Shown here piece by piece: positions 56,151-64,000 of a stretch of DNA of 64,000 bases. How positions within the stretch are numbered: position 1 is the first letter of the stretch; each line of letters begins with the position of its first letter. The notes under the pieces were generated by a model that was not told the origin of the DNA, searched no databases, and was given only the letters and a program-made list of their open reading frames with translations. Location: positions 295 through 64,294 of the forward strand of contig JAVBKW010000003.1 in assembly GCA_031553855.1 (NCBI GenBank). Reading direction: 5' to 3'. The position numbers and the translations under genes are program-made. The DNA comes from Eubacteriales bacterium (lineage in GTDB: Bacteria; Bacillota; Clostridia; Christensenellales; Pumilibacteraceae).

Positions 56151-56990
56151 ATGTTCAGTGATTTTTTTGTCCATCTTTTCAAATTTAAGTTGGATTACTA
56201 TGTCTACGGTGCAGCGGGTTTCTTCGCGCTCTTGTTTATTATAGGGATTTTCGCCGCGTTATCCGGCAAAATCAATAAGATAAAAAGAGCCCAGAGAGCA
56301 TTTATTGCAAACCCCACGCAGGAAGGGCTTGAAAATGCCGTAAATAAGATGCCCAAAGAAATCAGGGCAGGCTACGCTACGGCTAACGCTAAAGGAAAAG
56401 ACGGCGCGCTTTCTTTTAAATTTGATACCTGCGTTAAAGCGCCCTACGCTTTTTCGTTCGCCTCAAAGTTTGTTAAGTACACCTTTATTATAACCGTAAT
56501 TATGAGCCTTTTGGTTTTTGCCGTATTTAATTTCGCTCCGGCCGTTTTAAACGCTCGCGGAACATACGCTGATCCGGCTGCCTTTGCAGCCGAGGCCGTT
56601 AAATGGTCTTATAATATGTATCTTGTTATGGCTTTTGTAGCGTTGGCAGGCCTTCTTTTCCTTCTTATTGCCGCTGTCATTGCCTCGTCAAGATATAAAG
56701 GGCTTGTTAAAAGCTACAATAAATTTTCCGCCAGCCTTTTAGAAATGAAGGCAGACCCCGCAGCGGCGGCAGAGGAAGCTGAAAACGCGCTTTCAGCCGT
56801 AGACGCTCTGGTTGCAAAAATCAATAAGCTTGCAGGCGAGGGCGCATCTGTTACGACCCTTAAAGAAACCGCATTTGAGCTTCATCAGGAGCGCACAAAG
56901 CCCGCAAACTGCAACCCCGCCGTTCAGAAAAAGCTTAACGATTCTTTAAACGTTCTGATCAAGGCAATGAGCGCCGCAGTCAAAAAATAG
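56151..56990 (+). CDS. membrane protein of unknown function (4 TM, Ala-rich C-terminus)
   Basis: 279-aa ORF with SD CAGGAGAG. Promoter TTGACA-17-TAATAT is upstream. Confidence 0.6.
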   Translation: MFSDFFVHLFKFKLDYYVYGAAGFFALLFIIGIFAALSGKINKIKRAQRAFIANPTQEGLENAVNKMPKEIRAGYATANAKGKDGALSFKFDTCVKAPYAFSFASKFVKYTFIITVIMSLLVFAVFNFAPAVLNARGTYADPAAFAAEAVKWSYNMYLVMAFVALAGLLFLLIAAVIASSRYKGLVKSYNKFSASLLEMKADPAAAAEEAENALSAVDALVAKINKLAGEGASVTTLKETAFELHQERTKPANCNPAVQKKLNDSLNVLIKAMSAAVKK

Positions 56991-57245
56991 TTTTTAAGCG
57001 CGGTTTTCCGCCCTTACCGGCTCGTTGGCCTGTTTGGGAGCTGCCTGCCCATTTTAAAGCTCTTTCTTTTTAGCGGCCGGTCTTTTTGCTTATATAAAGC
57101 CCGCGTCCGTCCGCAAAAAAACAATTACTAATCTTAAAGAAAAACCGGGGCCGGGTTTAGTCGCCCCGGTTTTTTTCAAAAAGTCAAACGAAATCGGTTT
57201 ATAGATTGTTATACTTGTAGAAACTTTTAAATAAGGAGAACATCT

Positions 57246-58229
57246 ATGAAAAAATTATTATCGCTTATAATCGCCGCCTGTTTGATTGCAGGCATTACCG
57301 GGACGCTTTCCGCATGCAATTCGGGCTATACGTCCGAGAGATACGTAAGCCTTTCGATTAATCCCCTGATTGAGTTCGTAGTAGATACCGACAACAAGAT
57401 ACAGGCTGTTAACGCAGCCAACGCGGATGCGGAGATGCTGATTGCAGAAACCGATTTTATCGGCATGAAACTTGAAGATGCAACCGCTAAGTTTGTGGAA
57501 CTTGCGACTGCTGCCGGATATATCGATGTGGTCTCGCAGGACAATGAGGTCACTGTGTCGGTTATCGGCGAAAGCGGAGAGGAAAAGAGCGAAAAGTCGC
57601 TTGAGGATACCATATACAAATATTTTGAAAACAACGGTATTTACGGCAAAGTGAGCCGCGAAGCGTTAGATCAGTATGCCGCAAAGGCCGCCGGACTAAA
57701 CGTAAGCACCGGCAAAATGAAGATGATAATACGCGCTCGGGATATGGGTGTGGATTACACCGAGGAAGAACTCGCCGAAATGCCCGTTAAGGAGCTTGTA
57801 AGGTTGTTTAAGAACAAAGCGAAAGACAATTTGGGCGCAACCTTAAGGGCTGAATACAAAGCGGCAAAGGCTGTTATCAGGGCAAATTATACCGAGATGT
57901 TTGTTCTTGATGATGAAATTGCAGCATTGGAAACGCAGATAGCGGAATTTGCGGGCAGTACGGAAGATAAAGAAACACTTGAGCAAGAACTTTTAGAAAA
58001 GAAGAACGCTTATAATACGTTGAGAGCAGCTTATGATGCACAAATCAAGTCATTGAATGACGAATATAAAATAAAGCGAGAAGATTTGCAGTCACAGCGT
58101 AAAACCGCTCTTGAAGAGAAGATAAATGACCACAAAAGTAAAATAGCGGAACATAAGGCGCAGTTTGAAAAGAACAGAAAAGAAATAAAGGAAAAAATCC
58201 GCAAATGGAGAAAGGCAAACGCCGCCTGA
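57246..58229 (+). CDS. lipoprotein: N-terminal domain paralogous to the extracytoplasmic part of the downstream anti-sigma factor, plus a coiled-coil C-terminus
   Basis: Lipobox LSACNS. SLSINPLIEFVVDTDNKIQAV...AAGYI aligns with YLDINPSLYIVTDRLDRVKSV...LSGYL of the 58796-59560 product. Confidence 0.7.
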   Translation: MKKLLSLIIAACLIAGITGTLSACNSGYTSERYVSLSINPLIEFVVDTDNKIQAVNAANADAEMLIAETDFIGMKLEDATAKFVELATAAGYIDVVSQDNEVTVSVIGESGEEKSEKSLEDTIYKYFENNGIYGKVSREALDQYAAKAAGLNVSTGKMKMIIRARDMGVDYTEEELAEMPVKELVRLFKNKAKDNLGATLRAEYKAAKAVIRANYTEMFVLDDEIAALETQIAEFAGSTEDKETLEQELLEKKNAYNTLRAAYDAQIKSLNDEYKIKREDLQSQRKTALEEKINDHKSKIAEHKAQFEKNRKEIKEKIRKWRKANAA

Positions 58230-58283
58230 TTGTGTTATAATATAAGTACTGAAACCTTGAGGCGATGATCTTTGGAGAAATTA

Positions 58284-58799
58284 ATGCAGGCTCTAAAGCA
58301 GGGCGAAAGCTCTGCTTTAGAGCCGATCTACAACGGGACAAAAAAAGCTGTGTTTGCGGTATGTTATTCATACCTCAAGGATTATGCGCGTGCAGAAGAT
58401 CTTATGCAGGATACCTACGTTTGCGTTAAACGTTTTATTGGCGGATACCGTGAAAATACCAATCCACAAGCCTGGATATTAGCTATCGCCAAAAATCTTT
58501 GTCTTAACGAACTGAAAAAACGCGGTCGTGAAATTTTTGTAGATTTTTTTGAACGTCCCGACCTTGTTCCGGATGAAACCGAAATAGCCGTTCGTGACGA
58601 AACGGGTATTATCCGGCTTGCAGAAAAACATCTCGACGAAAACGAATTTAAGATCGTTATGATGCATACAATCGGCGGCGTCACTTTAGCGGAAATTGCG
58701 CAAGTATTTGGAAAGCCCCAAGGTACGGTGAGATGGCAATACAATAATGCGCTTAAGAAACTTCGGAAAATAATTAAAAAGGAGGGATTGTGCGTATGA
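58284..58799 (+). CDS. ECF-type sigma-70 family RNA polymerase sigma factor
   Basis: Region 2 (AEDLMQDTYVCV..) and region 4 (GGVTLAEIAQVFGKPQGTVRWQYNNALKKLR). ATG 58284 is preferred (GGAG 6 nt upstream). Confidence 0.88.
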   Translation: MQALKQGESSALEPIYNGTKKAVFAVCYSYLKDYARAEDLMQDTYVCVKRFIGGYRENTNPQAWILAIAKNLCLNELKKRGREIFVDFFERPDLVPDETEIAVRDETGIIRLAEKHLDENEFKIVMMHTIGGVTLAEIAQVFGKPQGTVRWQYNNALKKLRKIIKKEGLCV

Positions 58800-59560
58800 A
58801 AAACAGTAAAAAAAACATTGAGAAACTGCTGAAAAAATCTGCGGACGGTTTTGTTCCCTCCGCTCCGCTCGATATTGCCGGACGCGAAATAAAAGACTTC
58901 GATTTTTTAGCCGAAGAATCCGATATTGTAAAAATGCCGCAAAAAAAAGCTCAAAAACCACACAGAAATTTTGCGTTTAAGTTTATGTCCGCAATCTCGG
59001 CGTTTATCCTGCTTGCCGCCATAGGTTTTGGGTCGTACTTTGGCTATGTAAATTCTGAAATCAGCACAATTTATCTTGATATCAATCCGTCTCTTTATAT
59101 AGTTACTGACAGACTCGACAGGGTAAAAAGCGTGGGGACGTATAATCGGGAGGCGGCTCTTCTTCTTGAAGGATTAAGCATCAAAGGAAAGCCGCTCAAC
59201 GACGCCCTTGAAATGATACTTGACGAGTCATATCTCAGCGGTTACCTTACGGCATATGATCAAAACGAGATGTTGATAGGCGTAGAGGGAAATGAGAAAA
59301 AAAAGAATGATGTTAAGAAAGAAAAAATCAAAGGTTTTCTTACTTCTCTTAATTTGAAAAAACCATATAGAGTTAATTTTGACATTCGTGAAACAAAGGC
59401 TGAAAATAAGAAAGACGCATTAGTCTTCGGAATCTCTCCTTCAAAATACATTCTGATAAAACAAATTATCGAAGCCGACCGCTCGTATACCGTTTCGGAG
59501 CTTAAAAATAAAAGCATTAAAGAATTGAAAATTATATTGTCGGAAATAACGAATAAATAA
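58796..59560 (+). CDS. single-pass anti-sigma factor (candidate)
   Basis: ATGA overlap with the sigma gene stop. It has a cytoplasmic N-terminus, a TM at about residues 60-83 and an extracytoplasmic domain. Confidence 0.7.
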   Translation: MKNSKKNIEKLLKKSADGFVPSAPLDIAGREIKDFDFLAEESDIVKMPQKKAQKPHRNFAFKFMSAISAFILLAAIGFGSYFGYVNSEISTIYLDINPSLYIVTDRLDRVKSVGTYNREAALLLEGLSIKGKPLNDALEMILDESYLSGYLTAYDQNEMLIGVEGNEKKKNDVKKEKIKGFLTSLNLKKPYRVNFDIRETKAENKKDALVFGISPSKYILIKQIIEADRSYTVSELKNKSIKELKIILSEITNK

Positions 59561-59813
59561 AAAGACAGCAATTTATCGAACCCCGTCAGGGCGATTGAAT
59601 TTCTGGATCTTTGTGGGAGCTTTGGGGCAGTATTGCCTTAAAATACTAGAATAATCCATTTTGTTTTAAAAAGACAACTGTCTGTTCGCAGGCGGCTGTT
59701 TTTTGCTCTTTTTTGTGGCCTGTATCCTGCAGGTTGTAATTTTCACTTTTTCACCGCCGGTTTTATCCATAAAACGCTTTTAAAACTTGTAAATTTGTGG
59801 TACAATAATCTTT

Positions 59814-61520
59814 GTGGAAAAGGTGACGACGATAATTTTAAGGCGGCTTATCGACCGCATTATGAAGCACTACGGAAAGGACCTGCCTCCGCCGGCGTAT
59901 GAGCTGGGCGAAACGGTCGAATATATGGTGCCGATGCGCGACGGCGTGCGTCTTAAAACAGACGTGTTTTTCCCCTCCGTCAAGGGCGATTTTCCCATCA
60001 TTTTTGTGCGCTCGCCGTATGTGAGCGATTTCGACTACTATAAATACATCTTTAAAAATTTTGTCAAATACGGCTTTATACTCTGCTTTCAGGACTGCCG
60101 CGGGCGTGGAAAGTCGGAGGGAGAATTCGTTCCCTTTGAGTTTGAGCGCAACGACGGTATAGACGCCGTCAAATGGCTGAAAAGTACTCCATGGTATAGC
60201 GGTAAAATCGCGCCCGTTGGCGTTTCGTATCTGGCAATGAACCAGCTTTTGTATTGCGACACGTGGGACGATGATTTTAAAACGGCGGTTTTGTCGATGT
60301 ACGGAGGCAACCTTTACAATTTAGCTTATGAAAACGGAATGTTTCGGGAAGAATTCTTTACAGTATGGGCGGCGGGGAACAATCCGGTAAAAAATATCGA
60401 GGGCGACGAGGGACTGGACTTTTTCAAGAAAACCGCCTCATACCGTCCCCGTTCAAACCTTTTTAAGCATTTTTTAGGTGAAGAACTGGGTTTTTACAAA
60501 AAGCTTATTTCTAATCCCTCAAGGCGCGACAGCGTTTGGGATAACGAATATATGATGCCCGACGCCTCAAATATAAAATGTCCGCTTATGCTCATTTCCG
60601 GCTGGTATGACTTTACCGTCAGGGAAGTAATGAAAATTTACGGCAGTTTAAAAGAGGACGTAAAAAGTGAAAGTGCGCTTTTGATCGGGCCGTGGACGCA
60701 CCTTATGCAGAATAACGGCGAAAAGAAAGCGCCCGGCCATTATATAGCCGGATTTATGGGCTTCAAATACGCGCTGGGCTGGATGATGAATTTCTTTTAC
60801 GGCTCGCCCGTCGATATCAACAAAGGCGTCAGATACTATGTGCTGAATAAAAACGCTTATGTTTCCGGCTCCTCTTTGCCGGAATTTACCGAAGAAAAGC
60901 TGTTTTTAGGCCCCGTTGCCGCTCATACCGGAAGCTTAGGGCCGTTTCAGGCCGCCGAGGGTAAAATAACATACATTTTCGACCCCGATGAGCCGGTGCC
61001 CACTCATGGCGGAGGCTCCGCCTCGCCCGCCTTGCTTTCGGCCCACCGCCGCCCGGTGCAGTGCTGCGCTCTCTTAACAGACGAAGTGCGCGACGACGTA
61101 CTTGTTTTTACAAGCCCCTCCATCCTGCAGGAAAAAACGGTTTTAGGCGGATATGTCGAGCTTAAAATTTCCTCGTCCGCGCCCGATACGTGTTTTGCAG
61201 TCCGGCTGTGCGCCGTTGAAGATAAAAAAACCTATGCTTTTTCTTACGGTATTTCAAATATCGTGAACAATTGCGGCGAATCTGCGCCATACACGCCGGG
61301 GCAGGAAAGGACGTTGCGCATCGACCTGTCGCCCGTTGCGTATAAGTTAAAGAAAAAATCCTCCCTTATGCTGACGGTGTCTTCCTCGGACTACCCCTCG
61401 TTCCATCTTCATCCGAACGTTTCGGGTCCATGGGCGGACGCGGGAGTCCCGCAGAAAGTAAAAAACACTGTACATTTAAACGGCTCGTCGCTGACTGTAT
61501 TTTATACTCATTCAAGTTGA
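59814..61520 (+). CDS. CocE/NonD family hydrolase (S15 X-Pro dipeptidyl-peptidase-like)
   Basis: 568 aa with an alpha/beta-hydrolase N-terminus (VRSPY.., GVSYLAM) and a beta-sandwich C-terminus. The start is uncertain (GTG 59814 or ATG 59862). Confidence 0.75.
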   Translation: MEKVTTIILRRLIDRIMKHYGKDLPPPAYELGETVEYMVPMRDGVRLKTDVFFPSVKGDFPIIFVRSPYVSDFDYYKYIFKNFVKYGFILCFQDCRGRGKSEGEFVPFEFERNDGIDAVKWLKSTPWYSGKIAPVGVSYLAMNQLLYCDTWDDDFKTAVLSMYGGNLYNLAYENGMFREEFFTVWAAGNNPVKNIEGDEGLDFFKKTASYRPRSNLFKHFLGEELGFYKKLISNPSRRDSVWDNEYMMPDASNIKCPLMLISGWYDFTVREVMKIYGSLKEDVKSESALLIGPWTHLMQNNGEKKAPGHYIAGFMGFKYALGWMMNFFYGSPVDINKGVRYYVLNKNAYVSGSSLPEFTEEKLFLGPVAAHTGSLGPFQAAEGKITYIFDPDEPVPTHGGGSASPALLSAHRRPVQCCALLTDEVRDDVLVFTSPSILQEKTVLGGYVELKISSSAPDTCFAVRLCAVEDKKTYAFSYGISNIVNNCGESAPYTPGQERTLRIDLSPVAYKLKKKSSLMLTVSSSDYPSFHLHPNVSGPWADAGVPQKVKNTVHLNGSSLTVFYTHSS

Positions 61521-61634
61521 AAAGCGCTATTTTTGTTTAAATGATATATAGCCTGTAAAAATTTTTAAAGACAGTCCCTGATAAAAAACATAAAGGAACT
61601 TTTGAGGCAAAATAACTACGAGGTGCAAATCATA

Positions 61635-63047
61635 ATGCCGACAAAAAACCGGATAAAAAAATCCCGCCCCGAACAGGAAATGCGGAAAGCGGAATTAAGG
61701 CAGGAGCGCAGAGAACGCAAAATCGAAAGCGAAATAACAGCCGCCAAAACAAGAGAGTTTACACAAAAAGCTAAGGAAACCTCGGACGGCGTGGACTCCC
61801 GCTGGTGGAAGCTCGACAATGCCGCGCTTATCTATCCGTCGAACACTTCAAAAAACTGGCCGGCGGTTTTCAGGATCGCCGTATATTTGAAGGAGCCCGT
61901 CAAGCCCGGTGTTTTACAGCAGGCGGTAGACGACGTTATGCAGCGTTTTCCGTTCTTCAACGTAAGGATGAGAAAGGGCATTTTTTGGTATTACTTTGAG
62001 GAAATGCCGTTTCCTCCGGTGGTCAAAAAGGAATACAGCTATCCTTGCAAGCAGTTTGACCTTTCCGCCAAACGCCATCTTCTGCGGATAATGCATCATA
62101 ATAATAAAATTTCCGTTGAGTTTTTCCATTCGCTTTGCGACGGGAAAGGCGCGTTCAAATATCTCACAACGCTGCTTGCGCGCTATTTCATTTTGCAGGG
62201 GATCAACATTGAGGAAAACGATAATTTTCTTAACTACCTCGACCTTCCGCGTAAAGACGAGGTAGAGGACGCGTTTGAGCGTTATGCCGACCTTAAAGAT
62301 GTGAATCCGCGCCCCTCTAAGCCCGCCTATCAGATAAAGGGGACGCCGTTGGAGCGGGGACAGCAGCTTGTTTATACGATCCTGCTCGACACGAACGAAT
62401 TCAAAGCGGCGGCAAAAAGCCACAGCGCAACGCTCACTGAGTATACTTTAGCCGTAATACTTCAGGCTTGCAACAAGCAGCGGAAGTTTTTCAAGGATTT
62501 TAAACGCCCCGTCGGGATACAGATGCCTATCGATATAAGGCGTTACTTTGAAACTGATACGCTGCGGAATTTTTCAAGCTATAAATTCATTATGCTCCCT
62601 GAAGATTTCAAGGGCGATTTCGGCGATTTGATACTATTTATCCGCAAAGAAATAGCCGAGATAGATAAGGATTATTTATTGCGCAATATAAACGCGAACG
62701 TAAAGCCGCAGAAAAACAAAATAATCCGCGCTGTCCCGCTTGCTATTAAAAACATCGCGCTTAAAATCAGCGCGCGCCGCTACGGCGACAGGCTTGTAAC
62801 AACCACCTTATCCAATATCGGGCCTATCGACGCGCCGCCGGAATTTAAAGACCTTATCAGCTTTTACGAGTGTCTTTTAGGCGTGAACAAATATAATAAA
62901 TTTGCGGTAACGTGCTGCTCATATAACAATAAAATGGCGATGGCTTTTTCCAGTAAAATCATAGAAACCGATATATTTGCCGATATCTTCAAATCTTTTG
63001 CCGACGACGGTATAAAGATCGAGATGATATCAAATAAAGAGGTGTAA
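61635..63047 (+). CDS. HxxxD(G) acyltransferase, alcohol-acetyltransferase/condensation-domain-like
   Basis: The FFHSLCDGKG motif matches HxxxDG. Basic N-terminal tail. ATG 61635 is preferred (GAGGTG SD). Confidence 0.7.
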   Translation: MPTKNRIKKSRPEQEMRKAELRQERRERKIESEITAAKTREFTQKAKETSDGVDSRWWKLDNAALIYPSNTSKNWPAVFRIAVYLKEPVKPGVLQQAVDDVMQRFPFFNVRMRKGIFWYYFEEMPFPPVVKKEYSYPCKQFDLSAKRHLLRIMHHNNKISVEFFHSLCDGKGAFKYLTTLLARYFILQGINIEENDNFLNYLDLPRKDEVEDAFERYADLKDVNPRPSKPAYQIKGTPLERGQQLVYTILLDTNEFKAAAKSHSATLTEYTLAVILQACNKQRKFFKDFKRPVGIQMPIDIRRYFETDTLRNFSSYKFIMLPEDFKGDFGDLILFIRKEIAEIDKDYLLRNINANVKPQKNKIIRAVPLAIKNIALKISARRYGDRLVTTTLSNIGPIDAPPEFKDLISFYECLLGVNKYNKFAVTCCSYNNKMAMAFSSKIIETDIFADIFKSFADDGIKIEMISNKEV

Positions 63048-63049
63048 AT

Positions 63050-63733
63050 ATGTTATTTTGCAAGAGATGTAATATTTACGTGGAAGACGACCGCAGTCAT
63101 TGCCCGATATGCGGCAAATGCGTTTGCGAAGAAAATATTAAAAAGCCGAGAAAGCACGAATACTATCCCGATAACCACAAATGGCAGCGGGCAAGGCTGA
63201 ATTTCGCCGCATTAATATCTATAATTTTAGCCGCCGCAAACATCATCTGGCTTTTCATAGAGCTGATAATCTGGCACAAACTGGATCTGACGTTGTTTTT
63301 TCTAACAGGCAGTGCGATTTTTTTCATTGTTTTTGTATTGCCGCTCATCCATAAACAGGCGTTCACTACAAACAGCGTTATAAGCGCAATAGCTATCTGC
63401 GCGTTCCTTTTCTTTTTGGAAACTTATACCCGCACTATCGGCTGGGGATTGGGCATAGTAATGCCGCTCGCGCTTGCCGCCGATTCGCTTGCGATGTGGG
63501 TCATAATGATCTCCCGCGGCTACTATAAGCGCAGCACGATGTTCCCTTGCCTGTTCATCGCTATTTTATCAACCGGAGTATTTCTATTGAACTGGCTCAC
63601 AAGCTATACCCCGCTGCTGGGAATGTGGCCGTCGGTAGTTTCGATATCCGTCAGCTGGGGCTTAGTCGTACTGCTTTTCGGTATACGTTACAGAAAGATT
63701 GTAAAAGGTATGAAAAAAGATTTTCATATGTAA
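63050..63733 (+). CDS. zinc-ribbon membrane protein (DUF6320-like), coupled to the acyltransferase gene
   Basis: N-terminal CKRCNIY..CPICGKC followed by 5-6 TM. ATG lies 2 nt after the upstream stop, with SD AGAGGTG. Confidence 0.7.
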   Translation: MLFCKRCNIYVEDDRSHCPICGKCVCEENIKKPRKHEYYPDNHKWQRARLNFAALISIILAAANIIWLFIELIIWHKLDLTLFFLTGSAIFFIVFVLPLIHKQAFTTNSVISAIAICAFLFFLETYTRTIGWGLGIVMPLALAADSLAMWVIMISRGYYKRSTMFPCLFIAILSTGVFLLNWLTSYTPLLGMWPSVVSISVSWGLVVLLFGIRYRKIVKGMKKDFHM

Positions 63734-63840
63734 AAAATTGCCGTTATTTTTTTGCATAATACAGAATAATGGCGCCAAAGTAAGCCCGCTGAAATTCCGG
63801 ATGACGGATTTTGGCGGGTTTTAATTTAATTTTTATATTT

Positions 63841-63913
63841 TTGACAATTACTAAAAATTTTTTTATAAAAGTTGCAAAAAACTCTTGACTTACGTCTTTG
63901 GGTGTGGTATTCT
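63841..63913 (+). promoter_or_regulatory. tandem strong promoters reading out of the window (rRNA-operon-like leader follows)
   Basis: P1 is TTGACA-17-TATAAA (63841-63869). P2 is TTGACT-17-TATTCT with TGn extension (63885-63913). The downstream leader ends ..CACATTGACAACTGCATAAAAAAGAAAGA, and no ORF follows. Confidence 0.45.
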
Positions 63914-64000
63914 ATGAAAGCTGTCGCCGATAAACGGTCGGCACGCAGGAACTGATGTTCCTATAAAAAAGCACATTGACAACTGCATAAAAAAGAAAGA

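Noticed and set aside
57001-57130. GC-rich stretch after the 56151-56990 gene, examined as a possible fourth repeat family or a family B relative
   Set aside because: I could not align it convincingly to families A, B or C. Only the downstream ACCGGGGC...GCCCCGGT terminator hairpin (about 57143-57178) is clear.

Overview
This is a chromosomal segment from a spore-forming Firmicute (Clostridia-like), mostly housekeeping genes on both strands. I saw no integrase, transposase, CRISPR array or rRNA gene.

**Gene content**
- Nitrogen-assimilation cluster (1.7-7.9 kb): gdhA, a truncated DapF-like protein, glnA, an ANTAR response regulator and a second glutamate dehydrogenase.
- SemiSWEET-galK pair, then an accessory-looking patch with a SLOG/YpsA-like gene, duplicated XRE regulators and an 861-aa zinc-ribbon membrane protein.
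- birA, a GT28-like glycosyltransferase, spoVG, an amino-acid ABC transporter and murC.
- A small XRE module, a PHP phosphatase, DnaD-domain DnaB plus DnaI, sbcCD, and the ACT/UPF0210 pair.
- pepF, typA, the replicative helicase, a CDF and a sodium:solute transporter, an M23 peptidase and degV.
- A GGDEF cyclase, addBA, and an ECF sigma/anti-sigma pair with a paralogous lipoprotein.
- A CocE/NonD hydrolase, and an HxxxD acyltransferase coupled to a zinc-ribbon membrane protein.
- Two tRNAs on the minus strand: Ser-UGA and Val-GAC.

**Main non-coding signals**
1. A 19-nt hexaloop hairpin follows the gdhA and glnA promoters at the same distance and overlaps an intrinsic terminator in each leader. 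It is a candidate target of the adjacent ANTAR regulator, whose receiver domain lacks the acidic pocket.
2. An array of about 10 tandem 20-22 bp units (CCGGWTAWATCCAAA) fills the gdhA leader. Six TTTCAA repeats at an 11-bp period abut the glnA -35 box.
3. Three families of GC-rich, hairpin-built intergenic repeats are present:
   - Family A has 3 copies.
   - Family B has a tandem pair overlapping the murC stop codon plus a diverged copy.
   - Family C has copies in the glnA leader and upstream of sbcD.
   - Families A and C show compensatory base changes between copies.
4. A 400-bp tandem duplication of an XRE repressor and its operator, where the recognition helix and both operator half-sites have changed together.
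5. An iteron-like GTTAGAG array and a tRNA-Ser 5'-half remnant flank the intact tRNA-Ser.

All functional interpretations are inferences from sequence. No database search was possible.
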